From contig CAYPOD010000007.1 in NCBI GenBank assembly GCA_964412375.1, positions 24,123 through 88,122 of the forward strand: a stretch of DNA of 64,000 bases, in the 5' to 3' direction. Origin of the DNA: an uncultured Chitinophaga sp. Lineage in GTDB: Bacteria > Bacteroidota > Bacteroidia > Chitinophagales > Chitinophagaceae. The notes beneath the pieces are model-generated. The model was given only the letters and a program-made list of their open reading frames with translations. It had not been told where the DNA came from and searched no databases. The position numbers and the translations under genes were made by a program. Below are positions 1 to 10,660 of the stretch, piece by piece. Numbering within the stretch: the stretch's first letter is position 1; each line of letters begins with the position of its first letter.

Positions 1-1803
1 AGGTATAATGGACAGCCCGTGCTTGATGAATCCCGGCTTGGAGTGACCAGGGAAGATGAAGATTTTTCGCAACACCTGCAGGTCATCAAAGTCTCTGCAC
101 CGGTGATCGTGAAAGACAATTACACCCTGCTGACCGGCAAGAAAAAAAATATCAGTTATACCGCCACTCAAAGAGTGATAGAAACAAAAACAGCCTCCGG
201 CAAAAGAATGAACATCATTTTCCGGGTGTCCGATGATGGCGTTGCGTTTCGCTATGCTTTTCCCGAACAATCAACCGATATAAAAAAGATAAATGCTGAA
301 ACGACCAGTTTTCGCTTCTATGACGGAACAAGGGCCTGGCTGCAACCTAAAGCGGAAGCACAAACGGGATGGGAACACAGTAATCCAGCTTATGAAGCGC
401 ATTACAAAATGGATATTCCCACCGGCACTTCTTCTCCCGGGCCAAACGGCTGGGTCTATCCGGCTTTATTTAAATATAATGAAGTGTGGATGCTGATCAC
501 AGAGGCTGCTTTAGGAAGAACATACTGCGGCACTGCCCTTCAGCAACATTCACCCAACAACGAGTATAAAATAAACTTCCCGCAGGCACCTGAAGTTTTT
601 AAAGATGGGATTCCGACATTAAATCCCGAATCAACATTGCCCTGGCAAACACCCTGGCGCATTATTGTCATTGGCAGTATGAAGACTATTGTCGAGTCAA
701 CATTGGGTACCGACCTCGCATTGCCGGCAAAGAAAATGAATATGTCGTTCATCAAACCGGGTAAATCATCCTGGAGCTGGATCATCAAAAAAGATGATTC
801 CACAGTTTTCAGCGTACAGAAAAACTATATTGACTTTGCAGCAGATATGAACTGGCAGTATTGCCTGCTCGATGCCAACTGGGATACGCTGATCGGGTAT
901 GATTCAGTAAAAATTCTTGCAGATTATGCCATGAAAAAAAATGTCGGGCTGCTGCTTTGGTACAATTCAGCCGGAAGCTGGAACACAGTGAAATACCATC
1001 CGAAAGATAAACTGCTGACACATGAAAGCCGCATTCGTGAGTTTGCAAGACTGAAAGAGATGGGTATCAAAGGTCTTAAAGTAGATTTCTTTTCCGGTGA
1101 CGGTCAATCCATGATCAACTACTACCAGGATATTCTCGATGATGCGGCCCAATTTGACCTGCTGCTAAATTTTCATGGCGCTACCCTGCCAAGAGGTTTG
1201 CATCGCACCTATCCCAATTTCATGACAGCAGAAGCTGTATTCGGTTTTGAAATGATCACATTCGGACAGCAATCTGCCAACAGGGAACCGGAACATGGAG
1301 TGATGAGTGCCCTGGTGAGAAATGCGTTTGACCCGATGGATTTCACACCGATGAATTTATATAAGATCCCAAGAATAAAACGGGTAACCACTGCGGCATT
1401 TGAACTGGCCACTGCAGTGCTTTATTTATCAGGCATACAGCATTATGCGGAAACACCGGAAGGGATGGCTCATGTGCCGGAGAAAGTAAAAGATTTTTTG
1501 AGAAAGCTTCCCAATCACTGGGACGATGTGAAATACCTGGATGCATACCCCGGCAAATTGTATGTGGTGGCAAGAAAAGCAGGCAACAAATGGTATGTGG
1601 CAGGCATTAATGGTGAAAACACAACAAAGGAACTGACACTTGACCTCAGTTTTCTGAAAAACAAAAAAGGGCAATTGATCTTATCTGGTGATGGCGGCAC
1701 TGATGATCCATCGTTTGACATCAGTAACATCAGCATCCCTGCATCAGGAAAGATCACCATCAGTTTAAAAGGAAATGACGGTTTTGCAGCCGTAATTGAA
1801 TAA
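1..1803 (+). CDS. Glycoside hydrolase family 97 (alpha-glucosidase/alpha-galactosidase type), N-terminus cut by window edge
   Basis: Frame 1 is open from base 1, and the listed ORF start at 19 is an internal GTG, so the gene starts upstream of the window. Motifs EMGIKGLKVDFF and NFHGATLPRGLHRTYPNFMTAEAVFGFE match my recollection of the GH97 (SusB-like) catalytic domain. Confidence 0.8.
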   Translation, partial: RYNGQPVLDESRLGVTREDEDFSQHLQVIKVSAPVIVKDNYTLLTGKKKNISYTATQRVIETKTASGKRMNIIFRVSDDGVAFRYAFPEQSTDIKKINAETTSFRFYDGTRAWLQPKAEAQTGWEHSNPAYEAHYKMDIPTGTSSPGPNGWVYPALFKYNEVWMLITEAALGRTYCGTALQQHSPNNEYKINFPQAPEVFKDGIPTLNPESTLPWQTPWRIIVIGSMKTIVESTLGTDLALPAKKMNMSFIKPGKSSWSWIIKKDDSTVFSVQKNYIDFAADMNWQYCLLDANWDTLIGYDSVKILADYAMKKNVGLLLWYNSAGSWNTVKYHPKDKLLTHESRIREFARLKEMGIKGLKVDFFSGDGQSMINYYQDILDDAAQFDLLLNFHGATLPRGLHRTYPNFMTAEAVFGFEMITFGQQSANREPEHGVMSALVRNAFDPMDFTPMNLYKIPRIKRVTTAAFELATAVLYLSGIQHYAETPEGMAHVPEKVKDFLRKLPNHWDDVKYLDAYPGKLYVVARKAGNKWYVAGINGENTTKELTLDLSFLKNKKGQLILSGDGGTDDPSFDISNISIPASGKITISLKGNDGFAAVIE

Positions 1804-1818
1804 ACAGGCAAAAAAATT

Positions 1819-3177
1819 ATGCAAATGAAAAAACTTAAACATCACCTCTTTTTTTCCGGGATAGTATTGTTCTTTTTCGGCAATGCATTGTTTGGACAGA
1901 ACCCAATTGTAAGAGACCAGTACTCTGCCGATCCTACAGCCCGGGTGTTTGGCGACAAGGTTTATGTATTTCCTTCGCATGATATACTGGCCTCAGAAGG
2001 TAAAGGCCGTATTGGCTGGTTTTGCATGGAAGATTACCATGTGTTCTCCTCAACCAATCTTACGGAATGGACGGATCATGGAGTAATTGTCACCCAAAAT
2101 AAAGTGCCCTGGGTGCGGCCAGATAGTTACAGTATGTGGGCGCCTGATTGTATTGAACGGAATGGGAAATATTATTTTTATTTTCCCACTGCTGCAAAAG
2201 ATACGGTAGCACATGGTCGTGGCTTTACCATTGGTGTGGCCATAGCCGATAAACCGGAAGGACCTTATGTACCCGAACCAACGCCCATTAAAGGAGTCCG
2301 CGGTATTGATCCCAATGTTTTTATTGATAAAGACGGGCAGGCTTATCTCTATTGGTCGCAGGGGAATATTTATGGCGCCAAGTTGAAACCAAACATGCTT
2401 GAACTTGACGGACCGGTCATGACATTACAGGAACTGCCAACAAAAGGATTAAAGGAAGGCCCTTTTGTATTTGAACGAAACGGTATTTATTACATGACCT
2501 ACCCGCATGTAGAAAATAAAATCGAACGATTGGAATATGCCATTGGTAATAATCCGCTCGGCCCTTTTAAGATTACAGGGGTTATTATGGATGAATCTCC
2601 CACCGGTTGCTGGACCAATCATCATTCTCTCCTGCAATGGAAAAATCAATGGTACTTGTTTTATCACGACAGGGATTATTCTCCCCATTTTGATAAAGCA
2701 AGGTCTATCCGTATTGACAGTTTGTTTTTTAATGAGGACGGCACTATAAAAAAAGTGATACCGACCCTGAGGGGTGTTGGGCTATCGGATGCCGGTAAAA
2801 AGATACAAATAGATCGTTACAGCCATAAAAGTGATAACGGTGTGGTGGTTGACTTTATCGATACCCTCAACCGCTTTGAAGGATGGAAAACAATATTTGA
2901 AAAACCCGGCGGGTGGATCCAATACAACAGCGTTGATTTCAAAAACAAAAAATGGACTGCTGTTAATGTCAGGGCTAAGTCGATAAATGGCGGCACACTC
3001 GAAATCCGCACGGGCAGCAGCAATGGCCAGCTCCTGTCAATGGTGAATATTCCAAAAGGAAATGACTGGCAAACTATAAAAACATCGCTGGTTTCATCAC
3101 CCAAAGAAATGCAGCATTTATTCATATCACTCAAAGAAAATTCCGGCGCCGAAGTGGACTGGATAAGTTTTGAATAA
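1819..3177 (+). CDS. Glycoside hydrolase family 43 (arabinofuranosidase/xylosidase type) with C-terminal CBM6-like module
   Basis: Signal peptide, then QNPIVRDQYSADPTARVFGDKVYVFPSHD and WAPDCIERNGKYYFYF, typical of the GH43 five-bladed propeller. The last ~130 aa (IQIDRYS...VDWISFE) resemble a CBM6 beta-sandwich. An alternative ATG lies at 1825. Confidence 0.85.
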   Translation: MQMKKLKHHLFFSGIVLFFFGNALFGQNPIVRDQYSADPTARVFGDKVYVFPSHDILASEGKGRIGWFCMEDYHVFSSTNLTEWTDHGVIVTQNKVPWVRPDSYSMWAPDCIERNGKYYFYFPTAAKDTVAHGRGFTIGVAIADKPEGPYVPEPTPIKGVRGIDPNVFIDKDGQAYLYWSQGNIYGAKLKPNMLELDGPVMTLQELPTKGLKEGPFVFERNGIYYMTYPHVENKIERLEYAIGNNPLGPFKITGVIMDESPTGCWTNHHSLLQWKNQWYLFYHDRDYSPHFDKARSIRIDSLFFNEDGTIKKVIPTLRGVGLSDAGKKIQIDRYSHKSDNGVVVDFIDTLNRFEGWKTIFEKPGGWIQYNSVDFKNKKWTAVNVRAKSINGGTLEIRTGSSNGQLLSMVNIPKGNDWQTIKTSLVSSPKEMQHLFISLKENSGAEVDWISFE

Positions 3178-3188
3178 AATAATAGGAC

Positions 3189-5648
3189 ATGTATTCAGGT
3201 AAGTGGTTGTTTTTTTTAGTGATTTTATTTTTTGGTGCTGATGCAGCAGCACAGCCATCATCATCGCTAAAGCTATGGTATGACCGACCAGCCAAAGAAT
3301 GGGTGGAAGCATTGCCGGTGGGCAACGGTCGTTTAGGAGCAATGGTATTTGGTGATCCGCAAAAAGAAAAGATACAATTGAATGAAAGCACCATCTGGGC
3401 GGGCTCTCCGCATCGCAACGATAACCCGGCTGCAAAAGAAGCATTGGCAGAAATCAGAAAACTGATCTTTGACGGGAAATATAAAGAAGCACAAGACCTC
3501 GCCAACCGCAATTTCATCACTAAGATTGCTCATGGTATGCCTTACCAAACGGCTGGCAACCTGAACCTGCAGTTTGAAGGCCATGAAAACTATTCAGGCT
3601 ATTACCGTGAACTGGATATTGAAAATGCCGTAACCACTACACGATACAAAGCCGGTGGAGCTAATGTAGAGATGAAAGTATTCAGCTCTTTTACCGATAA
3701 TGTGATCATCAGCCACATCACTGCAGATAAACCGGGCTCCATCAGTTTTACAGCGGGCATGGACAGACCATCGAAAGTGACCGTTACGGCCAATGGTAAT
3801 GATGAACTCGTCATGTCGGGTGTTACCGGTGACTGGGAATCGGTGAAAGGAAAACTTCCTTTTGAATCACGGGTGAAGATCGTAGCCAACGGCGGCAGTG
3901 TTTCTGCAAAAGATAGTACACTGTATGTTGCCCGTGCCGACAGGGTCACGATCTATATTTCCATTGCATCAGGGTTTAATAATTATAAAGACATAAGCGG
4001 CGATCCTGCACAACGGACCCAAGACTTGTTACAGGCAGCTTTGAAAAAAAATTATGAAAAGGCTTTGGCTGATCACATTGCTTTTTACCAGCGATATTTT
4101 AAAAGAGTGAACATTGACCTGGGAACAACAGCCGCAGCCCAATTGCCAACCGACAAGCGTATAGAACAATTTGCAACGGGCAACGACCCGCAACTGGTGG
4201 CTTTATATTTCCAGTTTGGACGTTACCTGCTGATCTCTTCATCTCAGCCCGGCGGACAACCCGCCAACCTGCAGGGCATCTGGAACCATTTGCTCTCACC
4301 GCCCTGGGATAGTAAATACACCGTGAACATTAACACCGAAATGAATTACTGGCCTTCTGAAGTAACCAATCTCCCGGAGATGCATGAGCCCTTAATACAA
4401 ATGGTGCGTGAAGTGGCGGAAACAGGCAGGCAAACAGCAAAAGATATGTATGGTGCGGATGGCTGGGTGCTTCATCACAATACCGACATCTGGCGCATAA
4501 CCGGCCCGATAGATGGCGCCTTTTGGGGAATGTGGCCGATGGGCGGCGCATGGCTATGCCAGCATTTATGGGAAAAATATGAATTCAACGGCAACAAAGA
4601 ATACCTGCAATCGGTGTACCCCGTTATGAAAAGTGCTGTTCAGTTTTATCTAAGCTTTCTTACAGAAGAGCCGCAAAACAAATGGCTGGTGGTGGCGCCT
4701 TCCATTTCTCCGGAAAATGCTCCTGCCATTCATCCCCAATACTCTGTAGTTGCAGGTGCAACCATGGATAACCAGTTGTTGTTTGATCTTTTTTCCAAAA
4801 CCATAAAAGCAGCTGCCATTTTAAAAACCGATAAAGAATTTGCTAAACAGGTACAAGCAACCCTTGAGCGGCTGCCACCCATGCAGATAGGCAAATGGGG
4901 ACAATTGCAGGAATGGATGCATGACTGGGACAGCCCTGAAGACCAGCACCGGCATGTATCACATTTGTATGGTTTGTTTCCTTCAGCTCAGGTATCTCCC
5001 TACCGCACACCTGAATTATTTTCTGCTGCAAAAACCTCCCTGGTTGCAAGAGGTGATGAGTCCACAGGCTGGTCCATGGGATGGAAAGTGAATTTATGGG
5101 CAAGATTACTCGACGGAGATCATGCACTTAAGCTGATAAGAGATCAGTTATCACCTTCGAGGCAGCCGGATGGAAAACAAAGAGGCGGCACTTATCCCAA
5201 TCTTTTTGATGCACATCCTCCTTTCCAGATTGATGGCAACTTTGGCTGCACATCAGGAATAGCAGAAATGCTGCTGCAAAGTCATGATGGTGCTATTCAT
5301 TTATTACCGGCTTTACCTGCTGAATGGAAAAAAGGAAGCATAACTGGATTGAAAACAAGAGGCGGATTTGAAGTGGATATTTTTTGGGAAAATGGTTCGC
5401 TGGCAAAAGCCGTGATCAGGTCAACCCTGGGTGGTAACTGCCGCATCCGTTCTCATGTTCCGCTTAAATCTGCAGGGTTGAAAAATGCAACGGGCAATAA
5501 TCCTAACCCGTTTTTCAGCGTAGTGAACACAGCAAAACCGTTGATTCATGCCAAAGAAGCAATACCGGTTTTGCCATTACAGAAAATTTTTGAATACGAT
5601 TTGCAAACGAAGAAAGGCGGTGTGATTGAAATAATTCCCGCCAAATAA
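3189..5648 (+). CDS. Glycoside hydrolase family 95 (alpha-L-fucosidase/alpha-L-galactosidase type)
   Basis: Signal peptide followed by [27 protein letters not shown], the characteristic GH95 N-terminus. The 819-aa length is typical. Confidence 0.85.
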   Translation: MYSGKWLFFLVILFFGADAAAQPSSSLKLWYDRPAKEWVEALPVGNGRLGAMVFGDPQKEKIQLNESTIWAGSPHRNDNPAAKEALAEIRKLIFDGKYKEAQDLANRNFITKIAHGMPYQTAGNLNLQFEGHENYSGYYRELDIENAVTTTRYKAGGANVEMKVFSSFTDNVIISHITADKPGSISFTAGMDRPSKVTVTANGNDELVMSGVTGDWESVKGKLPFESRVKIVANGGSVSAKDSTLYVARADRVTIYISIASGFNNYKDISGDPAQRTQDLLQAALKKNYEKALADHIAFYQRYFKRVNIDLGTTAAAQLPTDKRIEQFATGNDPQLVALYFQFGRYLLISSSQPGGQPANLQGIWNHLLSPPWDSKYTVNINTEMNYWPSEVTNLPEMHEPLIQMVREVAETGRQTAKDMYGADGWVLHHNTDIWRITGPIDGAFWGMWPMGGAWLCQHLWEKYEFNGNKEYLQSVYPVMKSAVQFYLSFLTEEPQNKWLVVAPSISPENAPAIHPQYSVVAGATMDNQLLFDLFSKTIKAAAILKTDKEFAKQVQATLERLPPMQIGKWGQLQEWMHDWDSPEDQHRHVSHLYGLFPSAQVSPYRTPELFSAAKTSLVARGDESTGWSMGWKVNLWARLLDGDHALKLIRDQLSPSRQPDGKQRGGTYPNLFDAHPPFQIDGNFGCTSGIAEMLLQSHDGAIHLLPALPAEWKKGSITGLKTRGGFEVDIFWENGSLAKAVIRSTLGGNCRIRSHVPLKSAGLKNATGNNPNPFFSVVNTAKPLIHAKEAIPVLPLQKIFEYDLQTKKGGVIEIIPAK

Positions 5649-5682
5649 AATTGAACTAACTTGTCATAACCGAAAACACTAC

Positions 5683-7755
5683 ATGAAAAATCTATTCCTG
5701 CCCCTGCTGATTGGCTCATCTGTAGTTTGTCATGCACAGTTCAACCCTGCCTGGCAGGGAAAAAAATGTGCCGTGGTGATCACTTATGATGATGCGATCA
5801 ATGAGCATCTTGATAAAGCTGCCCCTTTACTGGACTCGTTAGGACTGAAAGCAACTTTTTATGTCACTGCATTTTCCCAATCGGTGCAAACAAGAATAAA
5901 TGAATGGAAAAGCCTGGCACTGAATGGGCATGAACTTGGCAACCACACGTTGTTTCATCCCTGTCTTGGTGGCAAGGGAAGAGAATGGGTCAAACCTGAA
6001 TATGACTTGAGTCATTACACCGTTCAACGGATGGTGGATGAAACAAGAATGACCAACCTGTTTTTGCAGTCACTGGATGGCAAAAGCAAAAGAACATTTG
6101 CTTTCACCTGTGGGGACATGAAGATCGGCGACTCTTCATTTATCAGTGCTATGAAGAATGACTTTGTAGCGGCAAGGGCAGTGAGAAATGAAATGCATAA
6201 AATAAATGAGGTGGACCTGTATAACGTAGATTGTTATATGGTAAACAATCACACGGCAGCGCAAATGATCGAATGGGTAAAAAAAGCCATGGAAACAAAT
6301 TCACTGCTCGTTATTCTTTTTCATGGTGTGGGAGGCGGCAACCCGCTGAATGTGGATGTGGCAGCCCACCGCGAATTTTTACAATTCGTAAAGCAAAATG
6401 AGAAAGACATAATGATCGCACCCATGGTGACCGTTGCCGATCATATCAAAACGTGGCAGGAAAGAGACCGGGCGGCCAAACTGCAGCAGCAGAAAACACA
6501 GGCTGATTATGCCGATATGCTTGCGAAACTGAACATTCCTGCGAGTGCAAAACGGGCAGGTCCTTCCGGCAATCCATCGGCGCCCAATGCGGCGAATGCC
6601 GATGAATCGAAAGCAACACAATACACTTCCTTGCCCGATCCTTTAATAATGAAGAATGGAAAGAAAGTTACCGATGCAAAAACCTGGTGGAATAAACGAA
6701 GACCGGAGATTGTTGAAGCATTTGACAAAGAGATCTATGGTCGTTTGCCAAAGAACATACCCAAAGTCACCTGGGAGGTGGTCAGCGCCGTGGATACCGT
6801 ATTCGGAAATCAGAAAGCTATTGCAAAGAACCTGCTTGGTCATGTTGACAATTTATCATATCCGCAGCTAAAAGTAGATATACAATTATCGGTGATCACA
6901 CCAAAGGGAATCGGGAAACCGGTGCCGCTGGTGATGGAATTTGGTTTCATTTTTCCCGGCGGGTTTCGTCCGCCAGCACCGCCACCGGGAACGGTTATTC
7001 CAAAAAGCTGGCAGGAACAGGTGCTGGAACAGGGCTGGGGTTTTGCCATCATTGTGCCCACCAGTTTCCAGGCTGATAACGGCGCCGGTTTGACGGAAGG
7101 AATAATTGGTCTTTGCAATAAAGGACAATACCGAAAGCCTGATGATTGGGGAACCCTGCGTGCATGGGCATGGGGCGCCAGCCGTGCCATTGATTATTTT
7201 GAAACAGATAAAGATATAGATGCCAAACGCATCGGCATCGAGGGATTATCCCGTTATGGAAAAGCAGCGGTGGTGGCAATGGCTTATGAGCCACGGATTG
7301 CCCTTGGTTTTATTGGTTCGTCCGGTGCTGGCGGTGTAAAAATTTTGCGTCGCATATATGGTGAGCAGGTTGAAAATCTGGCTTCATCCGGCGAATATCA
7401 TTGGTTTGCCGGTAACTTTATTAAATATGGAGCAGACCCGTTAACACAAAATGATCTGCCGGTGGATGCACACCAGTTGGTAGCGTTATGTGCCCCGCGG
7501 CCGGTGTTCATCAGTTCGGGTTCTCCCAATGTGGAAGGAAAATGGGTGGACGCAAAGGGAATGTTTTTAGGAGGCGCACATGCAACACCCGTTTATGAAT
7601 TGCTCGGCAAAAAAGGGTATGGCACCATGGAATACCCGCCGGAACAAACAGCGTTGATTGACGGCGAAATTGCTTTTCGCCAGCATGAAGGCGGGCATAC
7701 CACCGGACCCAATTGGCCAACTTTCATTAAATGGGCCAGCCGGTATTGGAAATAA
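5683..7755 (+). CDS. Bimodular carbohydrate esterase: N-terminal CE4-like polysaccharide deacetylase fused to C-terminal CE15 glucuronoyl esterase
   Basis: Signal peptide. The N-module has VVITYDDA (TFDD-like motif 1) and GNHTLFHP (H-[ST]-x-x-H motif 2) of the CE4/polysaccharide deacetylase fold. A low-complexity linker (PSGNPSAPNAANADES) follows. The C-module has LPDPLIMKNGKKVTDAKTWWNKRRPEIVEAF and GLSRYGKAA, which fits the G-x-S-R-x-G nucleophile motif of CE15. Confidence 0.75.
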   Translation: MKNLFLPLLIGSSVVCHAQFNPAWQGKKCAVVITYDDAINEHLDKAAPLLDSLGLKATFYVTAFSQSVQTRINEWKSLALNGHELGNHTLFHPCLGGKGREWVKPEYDLSHYTVQRMVDETRMTNLFLQSLDGKSKRTFAFTCGDMKIGDSSFISAMKNDFVAARAVRNEMHKINEVDLYNVDCYMVNNHTAAQMIEWVKKAMETNSLLVILFHGVGGGNPLNVDVAAHREFLQFVKQNEKDIMIAPMVTVADHIKTWQERDRAAKLQQQKTQADYADMLAKLNIPASAKRAGPSGNPSAPNAANADESKATQYTSLPDPLIMKNGKKVTDAKTWWNKRRPEIVEAFDKEIYGRLPKNIPKVTWEVVSAVDTVFGNQKAIAKNLLGHVDNLSYPQLKVDIQLSVITPKGIGKPVPLVMEFGFIFPGGFRPPAPPPGTVIPKSWQEQVLEQGWGFAIIVPTSFQADNGAGLTEGIIGLCNKGQYRKPDDWGTLRAWAWGASRAIDYFETDKDIDAKRIGIEGLSRYGKAAVVAMAYEPRIALGFIGSSGAGGVKILRRIYGEQVENLASSGEYHWFAGNFIKYGADPLTQNDLPVDAHQLVALCAPRPVFISSGSPNVEGKWVDAKGMFLGGAHATPVYELLGKKGYGTMEYPPEQTALIDGEIAFRQHEGGHTTGPNWPTFIKWASRYWK

Positions 7756-7778
7756 AAATATTGTGAAATATAAATAAG

Positions 7779-9398
7779 ATGAGATACTGGTTTTTAATAG
7801 CAGGAATAATATTCACGGTGCTGCAATCAACTGCGCAAAGGCCAGTCAAAATTCCAGCATTAGTAAAAACCGGGAAGTATGTTCAGCTATTAGTAGATAA
7901 TAACCCTTTTTTAATACTCGGAGGAGAACTTGGAAATTCCAGTGCCTCAAGCAATGATTATATGCGACCCATCTGGTCAAAACTGAAAAAGATGAACCTG
8001 AACACCGTGATTGCCCCGGTGTATTGGGAGCTGATGGAACCGGCAGAAGGAAAATTTGATTTTTCCTTATTAGATAGCCTGATCAGGAATGCACGGTTGT
8101 ATAATATGAAATTAATTATACTTTGGTTTGGCGCCTGGAAGAACAGCATGTCCTGTTATGCTCCTGCATGGGTGAAAACGAATACATCACGTTTTCCCAG
8201 AGCATTGGATAAGAATGGTTTCCCGCAGGAAATACTGACCCCTTTCAATAAGAACAACCTTGAAGCCGATAAAAAAGCATTTGTCCGCCTGATGCAATAT
8301 ATCAAACAGGTGGATGGTCTCCGGCATACGGTCATTGCCATACAGGTGGAAAATGAGATCGGGATGCTTCCCGATGCCCGCAGTTATGATGAAGCAGCTA
8401 ACAGGGCATTTAATGACCCCGTTCCAAAAGAATTGATCAGCTATCTTGAAAAAAACAAAGCACATCTTCTCCCCGAAGTCAAATCTATCTGGGAAAAGAA
8501 TGGTTACAAAACATCCGGAACCTGGGAAGATGTTTTTGGTAAAGATCTTTCGACAGATGAGATATTCATGGCCTGGTATTACGCCGCATTTGCAAATCAA
8601 TTGACGGAGGCAGGAAAAGCTGTATACAAGCTCCCCATGTTTGTAAACGCTGCTTTGAACCATCCGGGAAGAAAACCCGGTGAATATCCCAGCGCCGGCC
8701 CGTTGCCGCATATCATGGATATCTGGAAAGCCGGAGCTCCGGCTATAGATATATTAACTCCTGATTTTTACAACCCGGATTTCAAACATTGGTGCGACCT
8801 GTACACTAGAGCTGGTGATCCGTTGCTTATACCGGAACATCGTTTTGAAAAAGGAATTGATGCTAAAGCGTATTTTGCTTTTGGCAATTACAATTGTCTT
8901 GGTTTTTCACCCTTCTCCATTGAATCAACAAATGAACCGGAAAAAGAACCTATCGGAAAAACATACAGTATTTTACAGCAACTGACTCCGCTTATCACCA
9001 GGCACCAGCCTTCCGGAAACGTCAAGGGCTTTCTGATTGAAAAAGATTCAGTACAGAATAACATTCCTGTCGGAGATTACCTGGTAACTGTTCATCACGA
9101 ATATAAAATGGGCTGGTCACCCGGTTCGAAAGAAAATAACTGGCCGCTTGCAGGCGGATTGATCATTGCAGTGGCACCGGATGAATTTTATGTAGCCGGC
9201 ACCGGTTTCGTTATGATTTTTGATTCACAGGCAATAAATAAAAAAGCCGGCTTTATCAGTATTGATGAAGGAACATTCCAAAATGGCAAATGGATTCCCG
9301 GTCGCAGGATGAACGGTGATCAAAACCACCAGGGAAGGCATGTTCGGATAGCAGCTAATGATCACAGCATCCAGCATGTTAAACTATATACTTACTAA
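7779..9398 (+). CDS. Glycoside hydrolase, GH35/GH42-like TIM-barrel beta-galactosidase-type domain with C-terminal DUF5597-like domain
   Basis: Signal peptide. NPFLILGGELGNSSAS...VYWELMEPAEGKFDF...ILWFGAWKN...IAIQVENEIG is a clan GH-A pattern with the acid/base NE. The family assignment is from memory only. Confidence 0.6.
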   Translation: MRYWFLIAGIIFTVLQSTAQRPVKIPALVKTGKYVQLLVDNNPFLILGGELGNSSASSNDYMRPIWSKLKKMNLNTVIAPVYWELMEPAEGKFDFSLLDSLIRNARLYNMKLIILWFGAWKNSMSCYAPAWVKTNTSRFPRALDKNGFPQEILTPFNKNNLEADKKAFVRLMQYIKQVDGLRHTVIAIQVENEIGMLPDARSYDEAANRAFNDPVPKELISYLEKNKAHLLPEVKSIWEKNGYKTSGTWEDVFGKDLSTDEIFMAWYYAAFANQLTEAGKAVYKLPMFVNAALNHPGRKPGEYPSAGPLPHIMDIWKAGAPAIDILTPDFYNPDFKHWCDLYTRAGDPLLIPEHRFEKGIDAKAYFAFGNYNCLGFSPFSIESTNEPEKEPIGKTYSILQQLTPLITRHQPSGNVKGFLIEKDSVQNNIPVGDYLVTVHHEYKMGWSPGSKENNWPLAGGLIIAVAPDEFYVAGTGFVMIFDSQAINKKAGFISIDEGTFQNGKWIPGRRMNGDQNHQGRHVRIAANDHSIQHVKLYTY

Positions 9399-9438
9399 AC
9401 ACAATAACAAATGATTCATTCACCATAAAACAACTAAC

Positions 9439-10572
9439 ATGAATAATCTCGGTAAATCCAGGAGAAAATTCCTGTACGATCTGGGTATGGCCGGAATGAG
9501 CATACCATTTCTTTCAGCCTATATGGATTGCAATAGTGAAACCTCAAATAAAACTGGTATGAGTAACCGAAAAGATGGTAAGCTTGGAATTGCATTAGTG
9601 GGACTGGGTGGCTATGCAGGCGGGCAACTGGCCCCTGCCCTGCTGAAAACGGAACATTGTTACCTGGCAGGTATTGTCACCGGCACTCCTTCCAAGATCC
9701 CGGTGTGGAAGGAAAAATACAATATTCCTGATAAGAATATTTATAGCTACGATAACTATGATGATATAAAGAACAACCCGGATATTGATATCATCTATGT
9801 GGTGCTGCCTAATAACATGCATGCCGAATATACTATCCGTGCATTTGAAGCCGGCAAACATGTGATCTGTGAAAAGCCGATGGCCATCCAGGTGGAAGAA
9901 TGTGACCGGATGATCGCTGCGGGAAAAAAAGCGGGCAAGCTGTTATCCATTGGGTATCGTTTGCATTTTGAACCCTATAACCTGGAGATGGTGAGATGCG
10001 GCACCAAAAAAGTGTATGGTGAAATAAAAAAATTGTCCGGTGGCTTTGGATTCCGGGCAGGACCGAACCAATGGCGGCTCACTCAAAAATATGCAGGTGG
10101 CGGCCCGTTGATGGATGTGGGCATTTATGTGATACAGGCCATGTGCTATACCACCGGTATGGAGCCCATCGCTGTGACTGCAAAGGAAGGTGAAAAAACA
10201 GACTTCGAAAGATTTAAAGAAGTGGAACAATCCCTCACCTGGCAAATGGAATTTCCCAACGGGCTGGTAGCAGACTGCAAGACCAGCTACAATGACAATA
10301 TGAATTTTGTACGGGCCGAAGCTGAGAAAGGAGTTTTTGAATTGACCTCTGCGTATAACTATGGCGGGCAACGCGGCTCCACTCCTGAAGGGCCTATGAA
10401 TTTTCCGCATATCAACCAGCAGGCAAAACAAATGGATGCCTTTGCATTGGCTGTAAAAAACAAACAACCTTCAATTGTTCCCGGCGAAATGGGAAGAAGG
10501 GATGTAAAATACTTACAGGCAATTTATGAGTCCATGCGGACAGGAAAAAAGGTACAAATCAAGGCAGGTTAA
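9439..10572 (+). CDS. Gfo/Idh/MocA family oxidoreductase with twin-arginine (Tat) signal
   Basis: N-terminus has SRRKFL followed by a hydrophobic stretch. The Rossmann motif is LGIALVGLGGYAGG. AGKHVICEKPMA is the EKP motif of Gfo/Idh/MocA, as in glucose-fructose oxidoreductase. Confidence 0.85.
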   Translation: MNNLGKSRRKFLYDLGMAGMSIPFLSAYMDCNSETSNKTGMSNRKDGKLGIALVGLGGYAGGQLAPALLKTEHCYLAGIVTGTPSKIPVWKEKYNIPDKNIYSYDNYDDIKNNPDIDIIYVVLPNNMHAEYTIRAFEAGKHVICEKPMAIQVEECDRMIAAGKKAGKLLSIGYRLHFEPYNLEMVRCGTKKVYGEIKKLSGGFGFRAGPNQWRLTQKYAGGGPLMDVGIYVIQAMCYTTGMEPIAVTAKEGEKTDFERFKEVEQSLTWQMEFPNGLVADCKTSYNDNMNFVRAEAEKGVFELTSAYNYGGQRGSTPEGPMNFPHINQQAKQMDAFALAVKNKQPSIVPGEMGRRDVKYLQAIYESMRTGKKVQIKAG

Positions 10573-10606
10573 AAGCAAATCTTCCTATAGCAATTTGTAA
10601 TGGCAA

Positions 10607-10640
10607 AAAGGCGGTAAGGACAACAACCCTTACCGCCTTT
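10607..10640. terminator. Bidirectional intrinsic terminator hairpin between convergent genes
   Basis: AAAGGCGGTAAGG-acaacaac-CCTTACCGCCTTT gives a perfect 13-bp stem flanked by an A-run and a T-run. It sits between the 10572 (+) and 10661 (-) stop codons. Confidence 0.75.
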
Positions 10641-10660
10641 CATTTATCACTCAGTTTTGT

